The notes under the pieces are model-generated. The model searched no databases. It was not told the DNA's origin and saw only the letters and a list, made by a program, of their open reading frames with translations. A stretch of 60,928 nt of DNA, the filler included. It is 4 parts of 4 records of this genome, joined end to end, with 100 filler letters (N's around TTAATTAATTAA, not from the genome) between each part and the next. Parts side by side here need not be neighbours in the genome. Positions count along the whole stretch, not along the records: positions 1 to 13,331 come from SRR20825006_93; positions 13,432 to 44,925 come from SRR20825006_96; 2 more parts are not named here. The stretch is one strand, 5' to 3'. Position 1 is the stretch's first letter. Each line of letters begins with the position of its first letter. Below are positions 8,577-17,830 of the stretch, piece after piece. The position numbers and the translations under genes are program-made.

Positions 8577-10952
8577 ATGGCCAGAAAAAAGACTAAAACT
8601 AAAGCAAAATCTAAAACGACTAAGCAGTCCAAAAAAATCTCTTTTGTACTGTCTAAACAACAAAAGATCGTACTGGGAAGTTTTCTATTCCTTCTAGGGT
8701 TGGCATTGTTGTTTTCTTTTATCTCCTATTTTTTCAGCTGGCAGGCAGATCAGAGTACGCTCAACGATCTAAGCGATCGCAGTTTGCAATCTCAAAATTG
8801 GCTAAACAAATTTGGTGCTGCTCTTGGTGACTTCTTTATTTATCAAGGCTTCGGGCTTGCCGCGTTTACCATAGCAGTTCTGGTTACCTTAACTGGATTT
8901 TATTACTTTTTTGACAAGCCTAAAAAACGACTTCAATCCTTTTGGTTTTGGGGCATTATTGTGATGCTTTGGTTTGCAACCTTTTTAGGTTTTTTCTCAG
9001 AAACGAGTCCGTTGCTTGGCGGAATGGTAGGTTTTGAACTCAATGATTTCCTTCAGGATTTTATCGGGCTGATCGGTACCATTCTGGTACTTGCGTTTGT
9101 TGCGATTGTATATTTCGCCGTAAGGCTAAAACTGACCCCTGAGCATATTGCGCACTTTTTCGCAAAGCGAAAGCAAGCCTTTGCCTCTGAATTTAATTCG
9201 CAAGACGATGAGGATAATGAGTTTGTAGATACGGCGTTTGATAAAGATAATATTGAATTACCAAAAGAAGCTCCAGAAGAAGAACTTGAAGAACCACAGT
9301 TAAAAACAACTCCTGCTCAGCCTGCTCCGGTTAAGGAAAAAGAAACTCCAAAAGATGCGGACGAGGATTTTGAGATCGAAATTGAAGAAACTGTCGAAGA
9401 AGAGGAAGTCGTTGAAAATTTAAGTACAAAACTCGTACAGGATTTTGGGGAGTTTGACCCAACGCTAGAACTCAGTAATTACCGCTTCCCTACGATCGAA
9501 TTGCTTAAGGACTATACTAAAGGTCAAAGCATTACTGTAGATCAGGAAGAACTTGAAGAAAATAAAAATCGCATTGTAGATACGCTTAAAAACTACAAGA
9601 TTGATATTGCGCACATTAAAGCGACCGTGGGGCCTACAGTAACGCTATACGAGATCGTTCCGGAAGCCGGAATACGTATTTCAAAAATCAAAAATCTTGA
9701 AGATGATATTGCGCTTTCGTTAGCTGCATTGGGTATTCGTATTATTGCTCCTATCCCGGGAAAAGGTACCATTGGTATTGAAGTTCCTAATAAGAATGCG
9801 CGTATTGTTTCTATGCGTTCGGCGATCGCTTCGCCAAAGTTTCAAAATGCAGAAATGGAACTCCCGCTTACGTTGGGTAAAACCATTTCTAACGAAACCT
9901 TTGTGGTCGATCTGGCAAAAATGCCGCACTTACTGATGGCGGGTGCTACCGGTCAGGGTAAATCGGTAGGATTGAATGCGATTCTTACTTCGTTACTGTA
10001 CAAAAAGCATCCTGCGGAAGTAAAGTTTGTATTGGTTGATCCTAAAAAAGTTGAACTTACCTTATTCAATAAAATTGAACGTCATTATCTGGCTAAATTA
10101 CCAGATTCTGAAGATGCGATCATCACTGATAATACTAAAGTGATCAACACGCTCAACTCGTTGTGTATTGAGATGGATAAACGTTATGATCTGCTCAAAG
10201 ATGCGATGGCGCGTAACATTAAGGAATATAACGCCAAATTTAAGCGACGTAAACTCAACCCCAATGACGGACATAAATTTTTACCGTATATCGTTTTGGT
10301 AATTGACGAGTTTGCCGACTTAATTATGACCGCCGGTAAAGAAGTTGAAACACCTATTGCACGTCTTGCACAGTTGGCTCGGGCTATTGGTATTCACTTG
10401 ATTGTAGCCACCCAAAGACCTTCGGTGAATGTGATCACGGGGATTATAAAAGCTAACTTCCCTGCCAGAATTGCCTTTAGAGTGACATCAAAGATCGATT
10501 CGCGTACCATTCTTGACAGTCAGGGTGCAGATCAGTTAATAGGTCGAGGTGATATGCTGTTTACGCAAGGAAATAGTTTAATACGTGTGCAGTGCGCATT
10601 TGTGGACACTCCTGAAGTTGAAAAAATCACAGATTTTATCGGCTCGCAGAAAGCGTATCCTGAGGCACATCAACTTCCTGAATACGTAGGTGAAGAAGGT
10701 GGCACAAGTCTTGATATAGATGCAAGCGACCGGGATGCCTTGTTTATGGAAGCTGCCGAAGTTATTGTAACAGCGCAACAAGGAAGTGCGTCTTTATTAC
10801 AACGAAAATTAAAATTAGGATATAACCGTGCCGGAAGAATTATAGATCAGCTAGAAGCTGCCGGTATTGTTGGTCCGTTTGAAGGTAGTAAAGCAAGACA
10901 GGTACTCGTGTCTGATATGAATGCATTACATCAACAATTAAACAATGAATAA
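8577..10952 (+). CDS. ftsK: DNA translocase FtsK
   Basis: N-terminal 4TM domain, GATGQGKS Walker A, VIDEFADL Walker B, ATQRPS, gamma domain LQRKLKLGYNRA. Confidence 0.97.
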   Translation: MARKKTKTKAKSKTTKQSKKISFVLSKQQKIVLGSFLFLLGLALLFSFISYFFSWQADQSTLNDLSDRSLQSQNWLNKFGAALGDFFIYQGFGLAAFTIAVLVTLTGFYYFFDKPKKRLQSFWFWGIIVMLWFATFLGFFSETSPLLGGMVGFELNDFLQDFIGLIGTILVLAFVAIVYFAVRLKLTPEHIAHFFAKRKQAFASEFNSQDDEDNEFVDTAFDKDNIELPKEAPEEELEEPQLKTTPAQPAPVKEKETPKDADEDFEIEIEETVEEEEVVENLSTKLVQDFGEFDPTLELSNYRFPTIELLKDYTKGQSITVDQEELEENKNRIVDTLKNYKIDIAHIKATVGPTVTLYEIVPEAGIRISKIKNLEDDIALSLAALGIRIIAPIPGKGTIGIEVPNKNARIVSMRSAIASPKFQNAEMELPLTLGKTISNETFVVDLAKMPHLLMAGATGQGKSVGLNAILTSLLYKKHPAEVKFVLVDPKKVELTLFNKIERHYLAKLPDSEDAIITDNTKVINTLNSLCIEMDKRYDLLKDAMARNIKEYNAKFKRRKLNPNDGHKFLPYIVLVIDEFADLIMTAGKEVETPIARLAQLARAIGIHLIVATQRPSVNVITGIIKANFPARIAFRVTSKIDSRTILDSQGADQLIGRGDMLFTQGNSLIRVQCAFVDTPEVEKITDFIGSQKAYPEAHQLPEYVGEEGGTSLDIDASDRDALFMEAAEVIVTAQQGSASLLQRKLKLGYNRAGRIIDQLEAAGIVGPFEGSKARQVLVSDMNALHQQLNNE

Positions 10953-11610
10953 CATGAATTTTTCTAAAATAAAGATTTTTACGCTTGCCCTAATTGCATT
11001 GGTTTCTGTAAGCAATGCATTTGCACAGGATGCTAAGGCAAAAAAACTTCTAGATCAGGTTTCTGCTAAGGTAAAAACCTATGACAATATGTTTATTGAT
11101 TTTAAGTACGGCTTGTCTAATGATGCCGCCGGAATCAATCAGGAAACGCGTGGTGATGTGACCTTAGATGGTGATAAATACAAATTAAACCTGATGGGAA
11201 CTACACAAATGTATGATGGTAAAAAATTATACACTATCGTTCCTGAAGATGAAGAGATCACCATTTCTACTCAAGATCCGGGAGATGACGATGCCATAAC
11301 GCCGTCTAAAATGCTTACATTTTTTAACGAGGGCTACACCTATAAGTGGGACATTGAGCAAAATGTAAATGGTCGTAAAATTCAATATGTGAAGCTTACG
11401 CCAATGGATTCTAACAGCGAATTAAAATCGGCTTTATTGGGCGTTGACGCACAAACCAAGCACATTTATCGCTTGATTATGACCCAAAACAACGGAAGTA
11501 AGATCACTATTACGGTCAACTCGTTTAAGACAGACCAACCTTTACCGGGTAATCTTTTTACCTTTGACGCTTCAAAATACGGAGATTATTACATCAATAA
11601 TTTAGACTAG
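10945..11610 (+). CDS. lolA: Outer-membrane lipoprotein carrier LolA family
   Basis: Signal peptide, YDGKKLY and FTFD motifs, conserved position after ftsK. Confidence 0.8.
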   Translation: MNNMNFSKIKIFTLALIALVSVSNAFAQDAKAKKLLDQVSAKVKTYDNMFIDFKYGLSNDAAGINQETRGDVTLDGDKYKLNLMGTTQMYDGKKLYTIVPEDEEITISTQDPGDDDAITPSKMLTFFNEGYTYKWDIEQNVNGRKIQYVKLTPMDSNSELKSALLGVDAQTKHIYRLIMTQNNGSKITITVNSFKTDQPLPGNLFTFDASKYGDYYINNLD

Positions 11611-11617
11611 TTTTCTC

Positions 11618-13228
11618 TTGAAGATCCTTGACCGGTACATACTACTCACGTTTATCAAGAATTTTTTAAGCACGTTCATCATTTTGATGTTCATATTTGT
11701 GCTTCAGACGGTATGGCTTTACATTAAAGAGCTGGCCGGCAAAGATCTTGATCTCGTGATCATCGTAAAATTCCTGCTCTATTTCTCTCCTCGCTTAGTT
11801 ACATTGGTACTGCCGTTAACGGTTTTGCTTACCAGTATTATGACCTTCGGAAACTTTGCTGAGAATTATGAGTTTGCCGCGATGAAATCTACCGGAATCT
11901 CGTTACAGCGCGCTATGCGCAGTCTAACGATTTTCATTTTAGCTCTGGCAGGAATCTCCTTTTTGTTTGCAAACTATGTGATTCCTGCTGCAGAGTTTGA
12001 GTCGCTTAACCTCCGCCGAAACATCGCTCAGGTAAAACCTGCGATGGCGATCACAAAAGGGCAATACACCACGATTGGTGAAGATTATGTGATGAAAGTC
12101 GCCGATAAACAAGGGGACAAAGGTCAGTTTTTAAAAGATGTGATCATCTATCAAAAAGATCCCAGCCGCGTGGGTAATTACACGGTGATCAAAGCACGTG
12201 AAGGCGAACTCATTAGTGCTGAGGGCGACAACGTGCTTTCTTTAAAACTGATTGACGGAAATTACTATGACGAGGTCGAGCAAAAAGATTTTAGAAAGCA
12301 AAAACGCGAACCTTTCGTAAAAAGTTATTTTGAGACCTACACGATCAATATTGACCTTTCTGAGATTGATAATGTAGATATGGATGAAAAGAGTATAGAC
12401 AATGCGTACACTATGCTTACGGTGAAGCAGCTAAATGATACGCTGGTTGACATTTCAAAAAATTACAACACCTATCTAGCTTCGTTAGGAAAAGCTCAGG
12501 TACGCGAAATGCAGTTGCGCAAACTAGACACTTCTTATCTTAAGAATATTCCGCGAGATACTACGCGAACGCTCAATCCTGATCTTATTGAAAATTTTGA
12601 ATTTTCTGAGCAAATTCAAGTGTTAGATTATGCAAAAACCACGGTTAAGAACACCATCACTTCTATTAAAAATAGAAAAACCGATAATTCGGTTAAGGTG
12701 AAAACCTTGAGCAAATATGAGATCGCACTGCATGAGAAGTTTGTGCTAGCCTTTGGTTGCGTAATCTTGTTTTTTGTGGGGGCTCCGCTAGGTGCAATCA
12801 TCAGAAAAGGTGGTCTTGGACTTCCTATTGTTGTGGGAGTGGTGCTCTTCCTCACCTATCATTTCATTGGAATTTTCGCCAAAAACAGCGCCGAGGATGG
12901 CAGCGTTGCCGCTTGGTTAGCAAGTTGGTTAAGCACCTTAATTCTATTTCCGTTAGGCGTTTATTTAACGTATAGAGCTACAACTGACCAAGGACTCTTT
13001 GACCTTGACGGATTTTTAGATCCGGTTAAAAAATTATTCCAAAAGAAAAAAGATCAAAAAGTTGATCCTGAGCAACCGCTGGCTGATTTCAATCTAAGCA
13101 ATTCAGAAAAAGCGATTCTTAAAACAAAAACAAAACGGGAATTAGAAGATATTATCGCTAACTACAAAGCGTACGGCTACTCTTCCACTTTTAAAGAAGC
13201 AGCAGAAACCTTACACAAAAACATTTAA
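11618..13228 (+). CDS. LptF/LptG family LPS export permease
   Basis: MKILDRY start, LPL..L...IMTFGNFAENYEFAAMKSTGIS, GAPLGAIIRKGG. Confidence 0.9.
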   Translation: MKILDRYILLTFIKNFLSTFIILMFIFVLQTVWLYIKELAGKDLDLVIIVKFLLYFSPRLVTLVLPLTVLLTSIMTFGNFAENYEFAAMKSTGISLQRAMRSLTIFILALAGISFLFANYVIPAAEFESLNLRRNIAQVKPAMAITKGQYTTIGEDYVMKVADKQGDKGQFLKDVIIYQKDPSRVGNYTVIKAREGELISAEGDNVLSLKLIDGNYYDEVEQKDFRKQKREPFVKSYFETYTINIDLSEIDNVDMDEKSIDNAYTMLTVKQLNDTLVDISKNYNTYLASLGKAQVREMQLRKLDTSYLKNIPRDTTRTLNPDLIENFEFSEQIQVLDYAKTTVKNTITSIKNRKTDNSVKVKTLSKYEIALHEKFVLAFGCVILFFVGAPLGAIIRKGGLGLPIVVGVVLFLTYHFIGIFAKNSAEDGSVAAWLASWLSTLILFPLGVYLTYRATTDQGLFDLDGFLDPVKKLFQKKKDQKVDPEQPLADFNLSNSEKAILKTKTKRELEDIIANYKAYGYSSTFKEAAETLHKNI

Positions 13229-13255
13229 GCAGTATTAATTTTGCTTTAGATTTTC

Positions 13256-13331
13256 AGTAAACTACCTCAGGGTTAGGCCGTGAGGCATTAGTTGGAAACA
13301 TATTTTCAATTTCGAGGCATCCCGATAGCTA
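13256..13331. repeat. Probable interspersed Flavobacteriaceae repeat/MITE truncated at the contig end
   Basis: GTAAACTACCTCAGGG...GAGGCATT small hairpin, then ATCCCGATAGCTA, which looks like half of a palindrome cut by the contig break; resemblance recalled, not searched. Confidence 0.4.
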
Positions 13332-13431
13332 NNNNNNNNNNNNNNNNNNNNNNNNNNNNNNNNNNNNNNNNNNNNTTAATTAATTAANNNNNNNNNNNNN
13401 NNNNNNNNNNNNNNNNNNNNNNNNNNNNNNN
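13332..13431. other. Artificial contig-joining spacer
   Basis: N44-TTAATTAATTAA-N44 (stops in six frames); abrupt composition change across it. Confidence 0.99.
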
Positions 13432-13436
13432 TGACA

Positions 13437-14054
13437 TTAGGTGTCACCTCCGGACGCATACGATCTGTCCCCATTTTTCCCAATCAACCCTTCTGCATGC
13501 TCCTTCCGATCACCGCCTATCCACACCGCACGACCAATGATGTCGCCCTCCCTGACCGCTCCAAAATACCGTCCATCAAAGGAATCCGGTGTGCGATCAG
13601 AAAGGAGCAGAACCTCTTCTGCCTGAAGCTGCCTGCAGCCCGTCCAGGGAGACGGCAGGGCGCGTCCCATACTATCTGTTGATAGCAGGCGGACAGTCGA
13701 AGTCCCGTTGATCTGTAACACACCCTTGATCTCACAAACCGTGTCGCCTTCGAGCGCCCGGACGTTCTTGATGACGGGGATGCCTGGCGCAAGATAGCGC
13801 CTCTGGATCGCGAGTCTCGAAGCGGCCTCTGGCAGGTTCGAGACAACCAGATCACCCCGCGAAATCACCTCCAAAGGTTCGACGCGATACCACCCAAGCG
13901 GAGCACTTTCGCTCGGATTGTAGAGTAATATGGGCGGTAAAACACCAGTCGCCGGAAGGCCTGTCAATGCCACTCCGAGCACAGAAATACCGCTCCAAAA
14001 TACTGCGCGGAGGCTCATGAAAAGCCCCTCCAGTTGCTCGAAAGAAGTCTCCAA
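13437..14054 (-). CDS. traF: Conjugative S26 peptidase TraF (pilin maturation)
   Basis: YNPSESAPLGWY, YL..GIPVIK.V.A..GD.VC, DS.GR.LP and SFDGRYFG motifs; start may be at 14018. Confidence 0.9.
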   Translation of the reverse strand: METSFEQLEGLFMSLRAVFWSGISVLGVALTGLPATGVLPPILLYNPSESAPLGWYRVEPLEVISRGDLVVSNLPEAASRLAIQRRYLAPGIPVIKNVRALEGDTVCEIKGVLQINGTSTVRLLSTDSMGRALPSPWTGCRQLQAEEVLLLSDRTPDSFDGRYFGAVREGDIIGRAVWIGGDRKEHAEGLIGKNGDRSYASGGDT

Positions 14055-14099
14055 TTGGCCATCGACAATGTGATTGAATCTGTTCTCAATGCCCTGATT

Positions 14100-14315
14100 T
14101 CAAGCGCCATGACCGCCTCCCCGGGACCTATTCCAGACGGTCGAATAATCATTCAAATCATCGACATGATAGACGACGGTGCCGCCATGTTTTCTGTATT
14201 GCGGTCCATTGTTCGACCAGCGCCAGTTCTCCATCGTGCGAACCGTGATACGCAGATAAGCCGCCGCCTCTTTCGTCGTCAGGAAAGGACTTGGACGTCC
14301 TTTTGCCTCGTTCAT
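14100..14315 (-). CDS. rdfS: Excisionase / recombination directionality factor (HTH_17, RdfS-like)
   Basis: SPFLTTKEAAAYL...RT.E.WR...GP.YRKHG..V.YH.DDL; immediately upstream of traF as in Mesorhizobium ICEs; start reassigned to MNEAK. Confidence 0.8.
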   Translation of the reverse strand: MNEAKGRPSPFLTTKEAAAYLRITVRTMENWRWSNNGPQYRKHGGTVVYHVDDLNDYSTVWNRSRGGGHGA

Positions 14316-14508
14316 TCCCCGTACCCCGTCTTGCCGGGCACAGATCAACGTGGCGGCTTCAACACGTCCCAGAAAACAAAAGAAAATTCTAATTGGGAGT
14401 CACGAAGATATGCGGCTTCGCGGCGATACCCTGTTTAACCATGCGCAGCGCGCATGACTTCGTAAGCATACAGATGCCCCTCTATCGAGCGAATTAAACA
14501 TGCCAGAA

Positions 14509-14536
14509 GCCGCCCCGGAATGATCTCCGGAGCGGC
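14509..14536 (-). terminator. Hairpin, probable terminator after DUF736
   Basis: Minus strand GCCGCTCCGGA-6-TCCGGGGCGGC (one G.U) followed by a weak TTCT tail. Confidence 0.5.
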
Positions 14537-14558
14537 CAGTTTGGCGATGAGTGCGGGG

Positions 14559-14882
14559 CTAGTCCTTGGGGTTCCAGAGGATCACGTGGCGGCCTTTCTT
14601 GCCTTTGACCGGTGCGAGGTTCGCGTAGATGCGGCGCGGGCCAATCTGCGGATCTGCGAGGGTCAGGGAGACGTATTCGCGGCCGGAAGACTTTGCCTTG
14701 CGCATCCAGCCGCCGCCGATTTCGGTCGCGGTCTCACCGGCGAAGATGCGGTAGTCCGGCTGGGCCTCTTCAGCTTTGTCCGCGTTCTTTTCGATGCGGA
14801 TGGCGGCTGAGAGGTTCATCATTGCGAGGGCGCCTTCGAAGCCGGTTTTGGTTTCGCTGACATATCCGAGTGCGTTTGCCAT
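14559..14882 (-). CDS. DUF736 family protein
   Basis: 107 aa from MANALGYV with AAGGAG RBS; PDYRIF...EIGGGW.RK...GREYVSLTL.DP motif. Confidence 0.88.
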   Translation of the reverse strand: MANALGYVSETKTGFEGALAMMNLSAAIRIEKNADKAEEAQPDYRIFAGETATEIGGGWMRKAKSSGREYVSLTLADPQIGPRRIYANLAPVKGKKGRHVILWNPKD

Positions 14883-14885
14883 GGG

Positions 14886-15157
14886 GGTCTCCTTTTCGTT
14901 TCCGTGGCTGTCTTCGAGGGACACCTTGTCCCCGTCGACGCCGGACCGCCCGGACGGCGCGGGGCGGGCCTGAACCTGCAAGGGCGCAGCAAAGCGGAGC
15001 ACCGGACAGGCGCATGAATTTGTCTCGCGAGGAGCCGCAAAGCGGCGGGGAAATTCGTGGGACTGTCCGGTTTCAGGGCCGTTTCGTGTCGTCCAGGTCA
15101 CACGGCAATAGACGGGAACAAGGGGTCTTTCGGGGCAAGCGGAGAGCGGAACAGACC
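14886..15157 (+). promoter_or_regulatory. Large branched imperfect hairpin, candidate ssDNA (Frpo-like) promoter
   Basis: 14915-14936 pairs with 15111-15132 and 14949-14974 with 15072-15097; inner stems 15001-15009/15063-15071 and 15013-15021/15051-15059. Confidence 0.55.
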
Positions 15158-15277
15158 GCTTTGGCAATCGCACTCGGAGGCAAAAAGAAACCCACAGACG
15201 GGCGATTTTTCGGAGGCGCATCTGTCTTGATCTGAACCGCAGGAGTACACACTCATCCGGTAGAAGCATGTGGAAAT

Positions 15278-15302
15278 GCCGCCCGGCATGCTGCCGAACG
15301 GC
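15278..15302 (-). terminator. Hairpin, probable terminator after the ParB-like gene
   Basis: Minus strand GCCGTTCGGCA-3-TGCCGGGCGGC (two G.U) followed by ATTTC. Confidence 0.45.
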
Positions 15303-15335
15303 TTTCGCTTCCACGGACAAGGAGACTGCAACATG

Positions 15336-17105
15336 TCAGGCGGCGTCCTGCTCTGCGACAGACTGGTCTTCGGGAGAAGCTTCGTCCTCGCCAGAGGTAA
15401 ACAGGCTGGCGATCCGGACCCATGCATCTGCTGGCGGCGACCCTGCGTTTGTAACAAGGCGCGTAGGCGGCACCTGCATCCATCCCGGACGCCAGCCCGG
15501 ATTGGCCTCACACTCTTCGCCAGTGATCCGGTTCCAGACCAGTTCCTTCTGGGCTTTGCCCGTGTCTGTGAGCGCTGCTTTCGCCGTCGATGGAGACGCA
15601 ATGTCTGCCACCATGGCGTTAATGGCGCGCTTGTCCCGAACGAGATCAAGGAAGACACGCTCCGGCTTCCAGTAAGCGGCCATGTCGGTTTCGGTGGCGA
15701 CAGCGACGGCTTCCACAACCGGGCCGCCCGCTTCCAGCGTATCCGCCATCACAAAAGCCAGCACGGTCAGGGTTTCCGCATCGTTCATTTCGAGCAGCGC
15801 CGCAAAGACCTCGCTGAGGTGATAGGCGTCCCCGTTTGCGCGCAGGGATGCGACCCCATGGGCGTCAAACAGGCTGCGGACATGGTCCCCGGCGGCCCGC
15901 ATTTCTGCGGCGGCGCGTGATGCCTCCACGCTGGCCTGTATGTCCTCCTTCCGGGCGAGGAAGTCGTGCCGCCTGACAGTCCAAAGAGCGGACCCGACCA
16001 TGGCATGCGCCACCATCAGCCGGAGGGCGATTCCAGGGTGTCCAAGCAAGGTTGTACGCGCTGCGCCATGGCGGTGGAGGGCAATGTATTGTGCGAGCGG
16101 CCCGGACATTTCGGGCTTGGTGTCGGCTGCTTCCGCATCACCGTCCGGCCTTGCGCGCTTCTCCAGTTTCCGGGCTTCGGCCTGCGTAATGTAGCCCTCA
16201 TGGAAGGTCACAGTGCCATCATCGCGGACTTCGACAATCACGCTGCCGCCCTTCGTCCGGGGGCGCTTCAAATACTCCCAACTGGCAAAATATTTCCCGC
16301 GTTCGAGAACCTCTACATTGCGCCACCCGGCGTCAATGTAGGTCTCGACCTTGGCCGCAAGCGCTGCCGATTGGGCTTTCCAAAACGTGTCGGCCTCTGC
16401 GAAGACACCTGTCTCACCGAAGAGGTCAGCTGCCACTTTGCCTTCATAGATCGCCAGATCAAACAGCGCCTTGTCGGTCGTGATGGTGGCCCCGCCCGTG
16501 ATCCATGCCTTGCAGGCGCGGCCCATGGGCGCGCGCTCTGTTTCACTTCGAAACAGGGCCAGCCAGTCTGCCTGCTGGTCCTTCGTAGCAAGTGTGAGCG
16601 CGCGGATTGTCTCCGGGTCGATTTCGTCTTTGGCGTAAAGCGCACGGATCGGGCTGGAGAGATTGGCGAGGGCGAGGATACGCCGGACTTTCAGGTCCGT
16701 GACCCCGAAATGTCCGGCAATCTCTTCCACCGTCCGGCCTGCATGCGCCAGCTTTCCGAACGCATTGTATTGCTCCATTTCCGTGGCGGGCAGGCGGGCG
16801 ACATTTTCGATGAGCGAGGCCTCCACCGCTGCGGCGTCGTCATCCGCTTCCATGATTGCGCACGGGACGGCGATTGACTTGCCGGTCTCAGCGGCAATGA
16901 CCTGCAAGGCATGGAAGCGCCGCCGTCCCGCGACGACGCCATAGCCATCACCTTCGGGGCGCACCAGAAGTGTCTGGCGGATTCCTTTCTCCCGGATGGA
17001 GGGCAAGATGTCGGAGACATCAGGCGCCTTGCGGTTGTGCCGCATGTTGAGCTTGCTGATATGGAGTTGCTCAAGGGGAAGTGTTTTCAGTGCGGGTTGT
17101 GCCAT
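15336..17105 (-). CDS. ParB/RepB/Spo0J family protein of ICE leading regions (large form)
   Basis: L..SI...GI.Q.LLV...Y.VVAGRRRF.AL arginine patch, ASLIEN..R, HTH; AGGAGG RBS before MAQPAL; in-frame upstream start at 17354 also possible. Confidence 0.88.
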   Translation of the reverse strand: MAQPALKTLPLEQLHISKLNMRHNRKAPDVSDILPSIREKGIRQTLLVRPEGDGYGVVAGRRRFHALQVIAAETGKSIAVPCAIMEADDDAAAVEASLIENVARLPATEMEQYNAFGKLAHAGRTVEEIAGHFGVTDLKVRRILALANLSSPIRALYAKDEIDPETIRALTLATKDQQADWLALFRSETERAPMGRACKAWITGGATITTDKALFDLAIYEGKVAADLFGETGVFAEADTFWKAQSAALAAKVETYIDAGWRNVEVLERGKYFASWEYLKRPRTKGGSVIVEVRDDGTVTFHEGYITQAEARKLEKRARPDGDAEAADTKPEMSGPLAQYIALHRHGAARTTLLGHPGIALRLMVAHAMVGSALWTVRRHDFLARKEDIQASVEASRAAAEMRAAGDHVRSLFDAHGVASLRANGDAYHLSEVFAALLEMNDAETLTVLAFVMADTLEAGGPVVEAVAVATETDMAAYWKPERVFLDLVRDKRAINAMVADIASPSTAKAALTDTGKAQKELVWNRITGEECEANPGWRPGWMQVPPTRLVTNAGSPPADAWVRIASLFTSGEDEASPEDQSVAEQDAA

Positions 17106-17350
17106 GGGATTGTCCTCCTGTTCTGGCGGGTAAAGTGAAAGGCCAAGCGCCCATGCCGGGCCTTTCCAGTTGATCGGGCTGAAGGGGAGGCCTTCCGCGT
17201 CGCGGTTTGCGTCCGGATCGGTCTCGCCCCAGTCATAGTCATGCAGGCCAATCAGCGGCGCGCGGCCATCGACCCAGATTTCGACGACGCGGGACTCCTC
17301 TATGACGAGGGTCATGTGCGGACGTGGCCCTAATAGGTCATCCAGCGCGC

Positions 17351-17827
17351 TCATGCCTGCGCGACCCGTGCAGGTGCGGACGCCATCAAACGCGCTAAGG
17401 CTCTGTGCCCGGCTTGCAAGGCTTCGGGGAGCAGTTCGCATGCGACTTCAGTCAGGTAGGCGTTCTCCGACCTCGGATCGTTGGCCTCTATACCCCAGAT
17501 GCTGGCGGCATGAGATTCCAGTTCCACGCTTTCGCGTTCAATGGCGAGCACGATTCCGCAATAGAACCACTCATCCTTGCGCCACGCGTCCATGACGGCT
17601 TCGGCGTCTGCTTGCGCCTTCGTCAGCCGCTCGCGGAAATTGTTTCCGGGTCCGATAAATCCCGGGTCGCCAATATTGAGCGATGGCCAGAATCCGTCCT
17701 GGCGCTCGTCTGGACTATCCGGACAGTCGTCGCGGACGATCCGCGCGGTGACGCGAAAGCCGTCAATCTCGACGGCAATGCTGTCGCCCTCGCACACATA
17801 GCGGTCAAATCTCTCCCGGAACGCCAT
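17351..17827 (-). CDS. Hypothetical protein, 158 aa, acidic
   Basis: Starts 3 nt after the ardA stop and ends in an ATGA overlap with the next ORF; protein-like composition (AW..DEWFYCGIV, SIWGIE). Confidence 0.75.
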   Translation of the reverse strand: MAFRERFDRYVCEGDSIAVEIDGFRVTARIVRDDCPDSPDERQDGFWPSLNIGDPGFIGPGNNFRERLTKAQADAEAVMDAWRKDEWFYCGIVLAIERESVELESHAASIWGIEANDPRSENAYLTEVACELLPEALQAGHRALARLMASAPARVAQA

Positions 17828-17830
17828 GAC

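Noticed and set aside
13332-13431. TTAATTAATTAA palindrome repeated three times in the window (also in 44926-45025 and 52723-52822)
   Set aside because: Identical N-padded 100-nt linker with six-frame stops; an assembly concatenation artefact
14883-15320. N-terminal 146 aa of the 253-aa ORF, and many overlapping ORFs across 14.5-19.2 kb
   Set aside because: GC-rich shadow frames over structured non-coding DNA or antisense to real genes; DUF736 similarity and the RBS start at 14882
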